A stretch of DNA of 62,083 nucleotides, the filler included, from Catajapyx aquilonaris (lineage: Eukaryota): NCBI GenBank assembly GCA_000934665.2. It is 2 parts of 2 records of this genome, joined end to end, with 100 filler letters (N's around TTAATTAATTAA, not from the genome) between each part and the next. Parts side by side here need not be neighbours in the genome. Positions count along the whole stretch, not along the records: positions 31,090 to 62,083 come from JYFJ02004598.1; 1 more part is not named here. One strand, given 5' to 3'. Below, piece after piece: positions 36,262 through 47,644 of this stretch. Numbering within the stretch: position 1 is the stretch's first letter; the number at the start of each line of letters is the position of its first letter. Both the position numbers and the translations under genes were made by a program. The notes beneath the pieces are model-generated. The model made no database searches and had not been told where the DNA came from. It saw only the letters and a list, made by a program, of their open reading frames with translations.

Positions 36262-37591
36262 ATACACGGGCGATGATATCGCCGATCAAATCGCCCACAT
36301 GTAAACGCACCTTCATCAGTTAATGACGCTCTCACGCTCTCTTGCAGTCCTGCAAAAGGATATTAATGCTATGTAGGGATAAATATTGCAATAGGCTATA
36401 GATTCCTAAAATTTACGCTCGAGAGCACTCGAGAGAGTTGAGGGAATAACAGCTTTATTATATAACATTTCCCTCAGACCATTTTTGTCCAATGAAACAA
36501 CTAGAGATGACGGCATTATCACCTATGTACGCGTATCGGTATACCGTTTCGTCCCAGGACCAAGGATTCAGTTACAGCACTGAGGGTAGACCAGCACGGA
36601 GGGATAATTTATCATCCTTACTGAATGATGACAAAAATAAAACCAAAAGCAAAAAATAAATCCATGGGCATGCTACAACTGGATCTTATGACTTAGGCCT
36701 AGCCTACTATAGAGCGAAACCTATGGACCGAAAATGTTTATTTGATGAGAATTCTATAGGCTATCGGAGGAAAATAATGTCTTGAACGAGTAGCTAGGTA
36801 CAGTGTACTTCAGCATATCAGCAATGTACTGTAAGTGCGACATAACTGTCAAACTGCGATATTATATTACCAGATTGGCAGATCCTCCAAGCTCAGCCCA
36901 CATGTTTTGACGTGGTAGATTGCCCATTAGTATTCCGGAGCAGGGGTCATCTTCCAGGCTGTCTCGGCCGTATCTGAATAGGGCAGTATTCTTTTTGACA
37001 GTGGTATAGGCCTATCAATCTACAGTATTATGATGAATCGCTAGGCATTGTTGCATGCTTATTTTCGAAAATGTCCTTGTCGTCCGTCACTCGCTTGGTC
37101 ACCAGATACCTGATGATTGCGCGATGCTCGATGTACGTATCTAGGAAAAATATTGCATACCCATTTGTACAGTAAAACGAGGTGAATAGAGACAAAAAGC
37201 TACGAAAATGTTTAACGTATTTGCATTTTTTCTTCTTCTACATTTTCATTACACTCCCGGCATATTCCCAAGATGGGGTTACCAGGTACAGTACAATCCA
37301 CTTGACCATCTCGAACGACCAGTTTAATGACTCCTTTGGTGACTGGTCAGGCCACGCAAAGGATATAATGGATATAAGTATAAGGATATATTATATGATT
37401 GACTAAAATTAAGCACATTTTGACATGGAAAAGATTTTTTTATTATTTAGGTTCATTCTAAGCGACAACTGTAACCTATGACAGTGGGTAGGACATTTTG
37501 ATATGTAATTTTGAATAACATTACCAAAGGTAATAATTTTCAATTACGTTTGACCATCACATGTTTTTAACACCAAAATAAGTCCCTATAA

Positions 37592-38386
37592 CCCTTTAAT
37601 TGGCAATGTATCTCAGGAGATACATGATTGTTTTCAAACATTTTTATAGGGCCCACCAGAAAGTGCGCGAAAATGGATGGTGTATATTCTGGGATACAAC
37701 CTCTAGCAACTTACAAGTTTCCATCTACAACAATAAGTTCGCCATCTGTTGGGAAAAGCCTGCACCATCAGGAAAAAAAATAATCCAACATGGCAGCTGC
37801 TACGAAAGAGGTTGCCGCGCCGTCGCTAAGAAAAATCATTATTTTTATTGTCGTAACATGGTTTTGAGAGACGAAATTTGGTAGAAATGTCTTTGGGACC
37901 ATACTCTTCAAATCCAGATATGGCGCCACGCCCGTTTTGGCCCCGGAGGGGGGGTTGGCTACCCTGAAGTGAGTGAAAAGTCTTTTTCTGGGCGAACTGT
38001 GCTTCTCAGGCAGATATGTGACAAACAAAGGTTGTAGAGGAGAATGTATTCTACAAAAAGTATAAGTATCTTTTCCACGTACGGTCCGTATTTTCGGAGC
38101 TACAGCGACTTGAAAAAGACTTTTCACTAGCTGAAGAGTATACAACACGCAATTACGGGCCTCCGGGGTGGAAACGGGCCATATCTGAATTTGAAGAGTA
38201 TTGACACCAAGACATTCCTACAAATTTCATGCTTTTTTCACCAAGGGCACTATTGACCCTTTTTCGTCGGCGAAAAACATGGAAGGCAACAATAAAAACG
38301 AAATTCATCGATTGCAGCATATCATACCAGTTATTTTAGTAGAGAAATACAACTGTCATAATTTTTCAAGTTTGCCAATTAAAGGG
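37592..38386. mobile_element. piggyBac-type non-autonomous element
   Basis: ATAA|CCCTTTAATTGGCAA...TTGCCAATTAAAGGG|TTAA. Confidence 0.82.
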
Positions 38387-39094
38387 TTAACCACTCTTGT
38401 ATGTTGAAAGGGGCACATATTGAAAAACAAGAGGCGTCCTTTGTTTACATTGTCAGGGGTGTCTATAATAATGTGTCAACTCTTCCCCGTAATCCACTTA
38501 CACTACGCCGCCCAAACAGTATTCCACGCCAATATGAAGGGGAGTTCACACTTCATAGCTGGGCGAGCAGAGCCTTCATTATCTATAGTTACAGTTGTTA
38601 TAGAAGCCTTGAGGGAGCATCCGCAATCCACCGATATTGATGCGAGCTTAATAATATTATGAAACACGCTGTATTGAAGTAGTATACTGAAATCTCTTGC
38701 AATCATCGAAATACTAAAATTCATATGCCGGGTCTCTGGGTTATTTCAAATGTTCTCACATGGCTATTATGATTACTGAGCGTCTGAAGCACCTTTATCG
38801 AAGTATAATATATACACACGTAAGTTGTTAAAATAATGCGCACGATTATATTTCCCCTTGTCTCTAGTCTAATTAGTCTCCGATATAACATGCATCATCG
38901 CGATTGGACGAAATGCTGGGGCAAGGGTGGGAGTGTAGAAGCTTTCCGCCTCCTGTTTCGAAACAGAATCGAACAAGTGCTGGGTTGGTTGCTCTGCTAT
39001 TCATAGAGTCAACGCGGGAGAGCAGTCATTATAGGCCATGGGCAGGGGGAAGAAAATAAGCCTGCACAATTTTGAAAAGTTTTTACCAGCCCCC

Positions 39095-39434
39095 GGACAC
39101 TGCCTCTACGTTCTTATCTCATCGCCTGCCGGGGCGTTTTGCAGGAGGTGCTCACTGAGAGCGCCATGAAAACTTTCACTGCACTGTTATGTGGCGACCC
39201 TACCGGACTACGCTGAACTTTATAGGTACAAAAGGGAAGCGCTACATGCGGGCCCAACATGGCCCCCGGCGACCATGTTGAGTCCCCCAATGTAGCGCTT
39301 CCCTTTTGTACCTATAGAGTTCAGCGTAGTCCGGTAGGGTCGACACATAATAGCACAATGAAAAGCTGTGTCATGGAGCTCTCAGGTGAGCACCTCCTGC
39401 AAAACGCCCCGGCAGGGGGTAGGTGGGAGTGTCC
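39095..39434. repeat. Foldback MITE-like palindrome
   Basis: Arms CCTGCCGGGGCGTTTTGCAGGAGGTGCTCAC... of about 140 bp pair around a centre near 39268. Confidence 0.82.
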
Positions 39435-39597
39435 AGACCTTAGTATTCTATGACCATGGTTTTTATTCTAGATGAATGAAAAATGTTCAGAGTTCAGACA
39501 CGTATTAAACGTAGGCTACCTTGCGAAGGTTAAAATTTTGAAATTCGACCCTCCCATCCCATTATTGCAAAACTAATACGGTTATTCATTACTACTT

Positions 39598-40337
39598 AAC
39601 AGTAGAATCCGGATTTTTAGGCAAATGCCTATTTAGTTCCTTAACGTACAGTTGCGATGGTTTTGTGAAGAGATCTATCCATTTCATAAGTGCAGGATGT
39701 GTAAAATTGCCTATTTCGTGGTTATGGGAACTATTCTGCCTATAATTATTCTGCCTTTTTGCGACTTTTCCTGCCTATTTGGCCTTTTTGGGGGATAGTT
39801 TTACAACTTTTTGAAGCAATTTCGGGACTTTTTTGGGCCTATTACGGACCTATTTCTTCACAGGCATGTTTGGTTTTTTTTTTGCGGAGTATTTTTTGTG
39901 CTTCTGAAAGGTCCCAATTCGTTCAGAAGTAATACGAATCGTGTTTCCTTGACGCGTATGCCAAATATTTTTCTAAATTTAACTCTGATTGTTCTAAATA
40001 GAGGAAAATTTAGACAAATATTTGGCAACATATTGTGCAAATGGAAACTGGCTATAAGCGGTACTATAGAGTCCAGAGCAAGTGATACTTGTTTTCACCT
40101 TGTGTCTTTTGCGCAAGTTTAGTGATTTCCTGTCAGTGTATCGTTGTTATTCGGTTTTGCTATGGTTTGTGACCTAATATTTATACTTTAGGCCTATAAA
40201 ATTATTCTGGCTTTTTATATTTTCTGTAAGATTATCCTCCATACTCCCGAAAAAGTACAAATTTTTATGACTATTTGAGGCTTATTCGTGTCTATTTCGG
40301 GATTTTTTCGTGCCTAAAAATCCGGACTCTACTGATA
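39598..40337. mobile_element. Non-autonomous TIR element (same family as 6480-7527)
   Basis: CAGTAGAATCCGGATTTTTAGGCA...TGCCTAAAAATCCGGACTCTACTG; a solo end fragment at about 40712-40750. Confidence 0.8.
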
Positions 40338-41005
40338 ACTTTTGTGATCAGTTGAAATGTTTGCTGGCCACACGTACTTTAACAAAAAATGTAAATATAT
40401 ACACTCGTAAATGGACCGGATATTTATTGCGGCAGTTCTTGTGTTACAAAACTAATTTGTTTACAGTGTTTTCCCTCTCAAGAAACATCGAAATTAAGTT
40501 TTATTGTAATCATTTATGCTGATAACAGTTTACAAGAAAAAATATACAGTACATACTGTGCACTATAAAGTTCTATCCCGTATGTGCAGGAGTCCTCATC
40601 CTCCGTGTCCACACTGGAGGATCATATATTGTCCTGCATTAGCATGTTATATTTCATCAAGATCCGTCATTATCACCCCGTGACCTTCCCTTGTGAGCTC
40701 GGTGAAACAGGCCCTAAATAGCCATTTGCCTAAATATCCGGACTCTACTTATAACTCTACTTTTGGGAGCTCCATTGAAGAGCGTTATATGGAGGTTTTA
40801 CTGTATTTGATTACGAAGTTGGGAAGGTCATATAAGCCTTGTAGTTACTTGGGGATAGTCCGTTTTCAGATCTACACCTTCATCCTGTCCTCTTAAGCAA
40901 TATATCGCACCCGTGCCGTGTTGCGAGATGGCATAGCGTGCAGGATCAAGAAAGACTGCCTGCAAAGCCGTGAGGATACTCACTCTGCATGGGCTTTAGT
41001 ATAAT

Positions 41006-41310
41006 TTTTTATTATTAAAATATTTTTAAATATTTATTTTACCCCGTGATACAACCACCATCAGTTTTCAAACTTGTTTTTCTTCAATCACAGTGCAAGG
41101 ACTTCAGGATGTAGGGTAGGGATATGGATTGTTGGGGAAGGGACACTGTTCAGTCCCCCAGGAGGTTAGGTTTCCAGACACCTCCAAGGCACAGGTCAGA
41201 GACCCTCCCGACGCAGGTGAAAGGTAGGGAACTCCCAGGTGGGGATCGAACCTGGGACCTTCCACTCAGCAAGCCGAGACGTTACCATCTCAGCCACCAC
41301 ACCTCCCTGT
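41006..41310 (-). mobile_element. tRNA-derived SINE (family 3)
   Basis: Full tRNA-like head with B-box GGTTCGATCCC; perfect 12-bp TSD CTTTAGTATAAT (40994-41005, 41311-41322). Confidence 0.9.
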
Positions 41311-41844
41311 CTTTAGTATAATGTGCTTTTTTGTTCTCCACTTCTTTTCTGTAGAGTAGAAAGTGTTACAATGAATATGATAGGAACAAGAGTTTTCAAT
41401 GTCAGATTTTTGCATTTTCATCACATTTGATTTTGTGTACCCATATTCAGAGCAATATCTTTTTCAGCTGATCTACATTGATGTTTTGATATGCAGATGA
41501 AAGTGCCTTCAAGAGCGAATACGTTAAACCCACAAAATGTCAATATTGAAAGCTATAAAAAATTTCAGTCATGTAGCCTATAGCTAATCCACTTTAATTA
41601 ATTACATAGTCTCGTTAGTTTCCTCTATGGAGTCTGTGCTCTATGCCAAGTGATCGCTTACTAGCTAGTTTTTTGTCATCGCTGCTTGTGCCAGTAAAGA
41701 ATAGGTCCATTCCTGAAAATGACAGAAACCAAACATTTTCGACGGGCAACTACGGAAAATAACATTAAATAATCACATCTAATTTGTAGTACATTTATTC
41801 ACCTCATACCCTTCATCCTCGGAGTACATCAGTTAATAAAATTA

Positions 41845-42056
41845 CAGTGTGTTCGAAGTATTGGGATCCTTTTAGTTATCGCATTTCGACCGAAAATTTT
41901 ATTTTTGTGTGCCTTTTTGTGCTCCGATCAAGGTGACCACTGTTCCCAGGGAAAATTGCTCACCTCGATCGGAGCACAGAAAGCTACGCCGCTAAAACAA
42001 CACTTTCAGGCGAAAATTACGATAACTAAAAGGACCTCAGTACTTGGAATACACTG
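41845..42056. mobile_element. Tc1/mariner-type palindromic MITE
   Basis: TA|CAGTGT...ACACTG|TA with paired arms. Confidence 0.8.
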
Positions 42057-43455
42057 TATACACCAGTTTATGCAGTAGTAAAACTTAACATATTATGTAT
42101 TACATGCGGTTACAACAACCCTGAAGGGGATATAACAGAAATCATTTTAGGTCAAGTAAAAAAAAAAAGAAGGTCAGGTCTGACAAATTGTATTTGTTCA
42201 GCCTGTTAGGTATTCTTAATTGCGAAAAAACGTCTGGTTCTCTACCAACTTATCACCATACAATTATACATCTGAGCATGCAATTTTATAGTCACATTAA
42301 ATTGCTAAGGACCTACTGTAAGCTAGAAAGGGAGCGCCTGGCAACCTGGAACACATTTTTATAAAGAGCACAAGAGTACAAGACAATGACAACAATGAAT
42401 ATATGGGGTTGGGACTGACTCAACATAGAGTATATGAGCAGTGACATAGAAGATTCGCATTGAAACTTTGAACTCATTTTCATGCACAAACAAGACCAAC
42501 CACAAACATCATTACCCTGCCCTTCAATCACTACTCTCAACCACGATAACAACAACAGGGGTAGCAATAAGTCAGTTCGACAGTACAATATTTCTCCTGT
42601 CACTAGACAGGTAACAAATGTGTAAGGGAAGTCCCAGATTCACACAGTCAATTTTCCAGAGGAATTTCAAACTGATAAATGACAAATATTGCAATGGTGC
42701 TACTAGCCACTTGTTTGCATCTCCACACATAAACAATAACTGGACCTTGAAGAGCACTTATTCCTGAGTAGATTGGTACAGTACAGTGAAAGGCACATAT
42801 GCTTGGGCCTGTGAACACTTAAAAGAAAGGAAAGAGCCTGCCAACTTGGAAAATGGAAAATAGTTACTAGCAACAAAACTTATGAATCTGAGGTTTCTAC
42901 TTGCTGAAATGCACTGTTACACATCAGAAATGCTGTGATGAAGATGTCAGATCACTGGATAGTACTACATGACTGATTGTGAGTATGGGAAATTCTTCAG
43001 TGGTGCACTAAGAATTCACTTGGATAACAAGGGCCCATTCTCCCACATAAGAAAATAGTCTCAGGATGTGGCAAACACTGATGCTGGCTGACCAGGAAGA
43101 GCTTATACATATAATATTGCACTGCAGCCATCTCTCAGACTTGCTCATTCTGCCTTGAGGGAAAGAAAGGATGTGGAGGCTTAATAGCTAGACTTTATCA
43201 CCACCCACTAACTACCCTCACCAGGCCCATTTTAACATGCTTTCCTTCCCTCAATCAGGAAACGTGCAGCACAAGTTTACAATCAGTGATATTCATTGCT
43301 TGGTTAGACCACACTTACGTCAGTTAGGATACATTAAAATAAGACATTAATTTTTGCATTCCCAGATAAATTACATGGAAGTGTATCTGTACGTAGTCTT
43401 CATGACATTTTTCATGCGTGAGCGTCTGTAAGACAACATTTATTTGGTAATTATA

Positions 43456-44100
43456 TAGAGTGAAGGAAAACGCGCGCCCATTTGCCAGGTAGACTGATAG
43501 TACTCGCAAAACTAATATAGGGATGTGCAATTAGTTTTAGGCGCCGTGCATAGTTAATGTGTATGGTGCCTTTAAAGTGTAGAGCAGTGGTTCCCAACCT
43601 TTTTCGCACCCCCCCCCCTCCCCCCCGGCGAAGTGCTAGTCAGTGTTGAAAAAACCTTCGTGGTGAAATTTCCAATAAATTGCTTCATTATTTTTTGTAT
43701 TAATTTTTGAATTTATAAAAATAACTGCGGCCACACGACCCCATGTGGGGATCGCAATACACAGGTTGGGAACCACTGGTGCAGAGGGACAGGTGGTAAA
43801 ATATGAGGTAAAAACAACAAAGTGCATGGGTGTTGCACCCGGATTCTACTCAGACGGGATTTGATAGCCTATTGCACATGGACGATGCGTTAGGCGACCA
43901 AGGCCGGATTTTTCGGGAGGCCCTCGAGCTGGTTTTTGTTTCTTTGAAACTGGCGGAGAGGATTTGATGTCACGAAACTTTAAAGGCGCCGTATACATTA
44001 ACTACGCAACGGCGGCCAAAACTAATTGAACACCCCCATATTAGTTTTGCAAGTAATATCAGTCTACCTGGCGATTGGGCGTAAGTTTCCCTTCACCCTG
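43456..44100. mobile_element. Tc1-type MITE (TIRs about 120 bp) with nested hAT/Charlie-like MITE at 43585-43778
   Basis: Outer arms 43456-43578 / 43977-44100 end CTTCACCCTG|TA; inner CAGTGGTTCCCAACC...GGTTGGGAACCACTG with 8-bp TSD GTGTAGAG/GTGCAGAG; a related copy at about 51484-51668. Confidence 0.85.
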
Positions 44101-45140
44101 TATTACCAGGTGCTCTGCACATACTGGTACTCATTCACCTCAGAAGCAATCTGTCAAGTTACAATAAACCACTAAGAGACAACAGAGTTGCAGTATAGAA
44201 ACTTAATCATGGCCTTCCTCCAAGGGCTTGTAAAGAACCCCACTTAGCACCCAGCAAACTGTACCTTCCACAACCAATACGTGTATTTATGTGCTGAGTC
44301 AAGATTAATTTACTAGTGCCCAGCAAGTAGTCATGCAGTAATTACCAAGAGTGCAGTTTGAAATTCATGAAAACAAATGACACATTAATAAATGACTGCT
44401 CATCTGGCTGAATACCATGCTATCAGCTTAGATTTTGAATGGAAGTTATCATAATACAAGTGGCATATGGAGTAGAAAACTTTTTTCATGCCAATAAAGT
44501 GAGAGCGATTGAAATTTGGTTGTCATCAGCAATAAACAACAATGATTTTTCAAATTTTTCTGTCTCAACCTGAGACAAGTTTTCCATATATGGTGCTACC
44601 AGCCATTGCAATCCTTTTATTTTCCATAATAGTACAATAATGCAATGGTTTGGTTTCTTGTGGGGATTAGGTATTCTGAAACCTCTGAGGCTGCTGAACT
44701 GCCTGAACCCTGGTCACTGATAGTCTGATGGTAGCCTATTTCTTGTATAACACAGAATTAAGAGATAAGGATAGGGGTTGAAGGAGGCAGCTGTGACCAT
44801 ACTGAAACAAAAGCATCCCTGAATTATCTGGGAGGTGACAGGAGAAAAACATAAATAACCAGAGTCTGGATGGTCCGGGATGGTCTGCATCAGGAATATA
44901 ACTCGGGAGCTACCTAATGACAGCACGAACACAAAACCACTGGACTAGGCCACCTCAGCCAATAAATAATGCAATGACTCAAAGTGACATTTGTTTTGCC
45001 CTTGCACAGTACACCAGTTTAACAAATTCATGTTGCACTTGGATTATACAAAAGGAGTCTCTCTCGTACCTACATTTTCATACATCTATTATCTTTACTA
45101 AGCAAGCTCATGCATGATGCATCAAGGGAATTGTTCCATT

Positions 45141-45423
45141 TGGCATGGTCGTCTAGTGGCTACGCTACTGGCCAGCCAAGCGGGAGGTCTGGGGTTCAAA
45201 TCCCGTCCCCGGCACCTTCGCTTGGTCAGGTCTTTTTCAGATTTTCACCAGAAATGTTCAGACAGAACTGCACTCCCTTCTCTGCCCAGGGCCAAGAAAA
45301 AAGGTCTGGTATTTAAGAGGGTCAGAAATGACTACTTAAGAGCATCTTCCCTTGGGAACCTCCCCTTTCCCCCACTAAGAGGGCCCCTAGCCCTATCACT
45401 GGGTATATTAAAAACAAACAAAC
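45141..45423 (+). mobile_element. tRNA-derived SINE (family 2)
   Basis: Homologous to 8993-9252; TSD AATTGTTCCATT/AATTGCTCCATT. Confidence 0.85.
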
Positions 45424-45515
45424 AATTGCTCCATTCAGTTTTAAGTATAAGTGTCATATGAATGACAAAAGGGCAAGTACAACATTTACATAATTTTACA
45501 GGAGAGACAAAAAGA

Positions 45516-45606
45516 CGAGGGGCGTTCGGAAATCTTTACACTTAATTTTCTTGCCCTGAATTGTTGGAACAAAAATAAAGTGTAAAGCCTTTCCGAACGC
45601 CCCTCG
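45516..45606. mobile_element. Minimal mariner-derived MITE (91 bp, MADE1-like architecture)
   Basis: CGAGGGGCGTTCGGAAA...TTTCCGAACGCCCCTCG|TA; essentially two TIRs. Confidence 0.85.
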
Positions 45607-46228
45607 TATATCTGCAAACCACTGTGCAAGAAAGGAGAATGGTGTTTTGACTTCTCACCCCAACTCTGGTGTCACTTGTCCTATGAATTGGCCATTCTGT
45701 CAGAATGCAGCACAACACTTGATGGTGGTGGCAGAGATCATAATCCTACTTGAGAAAAAATGTCGAATTTCACCGTTTTGTCAGATTAATGACGAAGTAT
45801 ATTTAGCTCAGGTGCAACTACGAAGAAAACATTTATGGCCAGGCATAGGGTGGCCAAAACAAAGTCACATTTTAAGACTTTTGACAAATTTTTCTGATTC
45901 TTCCCCATGCTGTGCAATGTGATGTACTCAGTGAGGTGGCAGTCCTTTCGACATCCCCCAAATACAAACACTGGTAAAAATTTAAGCTCTCATGTTTCTA
46001 CATTGCTTTTGCACAAAGTCACAAATTATGAGTAGTTGCTATGCCTATTAAAAATAAAATTCTATGATAATGAATGGTTTTAGAGAATGAAAAGTTGCAA
46101 GAAAGGCAGAAATGAGTACAGGCAGCAATATAATTCAGCGTTCCAGATACTAGAAGTCTGCAGAATTATAATAATTGGCCTAGGCCATTCAAACTCATAC
46201 CTTCACACTGCAAAGGGCAATCCTCAGG

Positions 46229-46703
46229 CAGTGCCGGATTTACCCCCCCTCCCCCCAAATGACTCTTAAAAATTCAAATTTTCTCTCGAGTTCTTTCCTT
46301 ACTTTCATTTTATCTGAAAATTTATATTTCAACTTATGGCCGTCCCCAGAGGGCAGCCGCCCTTAGGCTTCTTCGCCTAGTATTTCTGCCTAGTGGCAAA
46401 TCCAGCGCTGGGAATCCCCGGCGAAAATTTTGAATTTTTAAATGATTTCGCCTTTATTTCCTATCTCTCTCTCTCTCTCTCTGATTATTGTAGCCTATTT
46501 GAAAAATATTTATTGCAACTCGCGGCCGCCCCTAGGCAATTGACTACTCTGCCTAATGGTAAATCTGGAGCTGCTTCCGGTCGCGTAATTATTTATTATA
46601 AATTCCTATACTTTTTTTTTGTATGCCTAAATTTGCTGCCTCTTGAAATCTGCCACCCTAGGCACCTGCCTATATAGGTTGCCTTGCCATAAATCTGGCA
46701 CTG
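46229..46703. mobile_element. Non-autonomous hAT-like element
   Basis: CAGTGCCGGATTTA...TAAATCTGGCACTG with perfect 8-bp TSD TCCTCAGG; internal repeats resemble 23760-23960. Confidence 0.88.
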
Positions 46704-47087
46704 TCCTCAGGGCAGGGTAATATTATCAGGAAGATAGTTGCTGGGCTGCCCGTAAATGGCTTTCAGTGGATGGTCTAGAACTCTAGAAACCTTCCCAGAT
46801 GAGCAGTCTTGTCATCTTGTCAAACCAGAATTATTCTTGTATTGCTGTCAAATGCACTTGTTTGTACACACAACTTATTCATACCCCTGCATGTCACAAC
46901 AAACACCATTCACAAAAAATATTTCTTTTCCACCTAAATAGTGTCATTCTCCAGTCTTCTCAGTTACGCATATCGTTGATAAGGCAACCTTGACGGTTAT
47001 TTTTCATTGCAGATGGTTCCTCCTTTACCAAAGTGGTGGCAACAACTCATTTAACATCATGTTTCTTTGGACTGCAGTCATGTTATA

Positions 47088-47644
47088 TATGGTGTGGATA
47101 AAAAGATTAGTGAATGTTTACATATCTCCAATGCAATGCATGCGACAAGTTTCAGAGTGAGCATGGACATCCAGGGACATGTCTCGACACACCGCCTTGA
47201 GTGGGGTATGCGTGGCCATAAGTGCACTTCCGCTGCAGTCATTCGAGCACAGTCCGTGTGAGAGGTGGCGTCATACAGCAATGGAGCAATGACACAACAT
47301 TAAATTCTGCTTCCAATTATTGGGGGAAACGGCGACAGAGATGCACGAAATGTTGACCATTATGTAGGGAAGGACGCTGTGACCAGAACATGTGTGTACA
47401 GCTGAATTTCCCTCATTTGAAGCAGAACTTATGGTTGTGTCATTGCTCCATTGCTGTGTGACTCCACTTCTGACAGAGAGTGCACTCAAATGATTGAATT
47501 GCCAGTGCACTTGCAGTCAAGCATACTCCACGCTAGGAGGTGCTTCTAGGCATGTCCCTGGATGTCCGTGCATATTCTCAAACTTGTTGCATGCATTGGA
47601 TTCAAGATATCTAAACATTCATTGAACTTTTTAGCCACACCACG
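47088..47644. mobile_element. Mariner-derived foldback built from two 5' ends
   Basis: TA-flanked; arms of about 210 bp both include ATGGAGCAATGACACAAC; the left arm continues NIKFCFQLLGETATEMHEML (mariner N-terminal HTH-like). Confidence 0.82.

Larger units (their letters stand above)
34628..36311. mobile_element. PIF/Harbinger-like MITE hosting three nested insertions
   Basis: TIR ..TGCGTTTACATGTGGGCGATTTGATCGGCGAT at both ends; a related copy at 35090-35326 is flanked by TAA on both sides. Confidence 0.75.

Noticed and set aside
37028..37112. Proctolin-like RYLVTKR on the minus strand
   Set aside because: No signal peptide directly before the peptide, and the downstream helix typical of proctolin precursors is absent.
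37030..37113. Box C/D snoRNA (ATGATGA...CTGA, about 84 nt)
   Set aside because: No convincing terminal stem, no rRNA-complementary guide recognised, and no plus-strand host gene.
38503..38724. MIARDF as the ANAPC1 start (MIAARD-like)
   Set aside because: No downstream EF.P.GR similarity, and it lies beyond the artificial linker.
40590..40975. Possible plus-strand exon pair
   Set aside because: Splice-like signals exist, but the peptide is unrecognisable and no supporting upstream exons were found.
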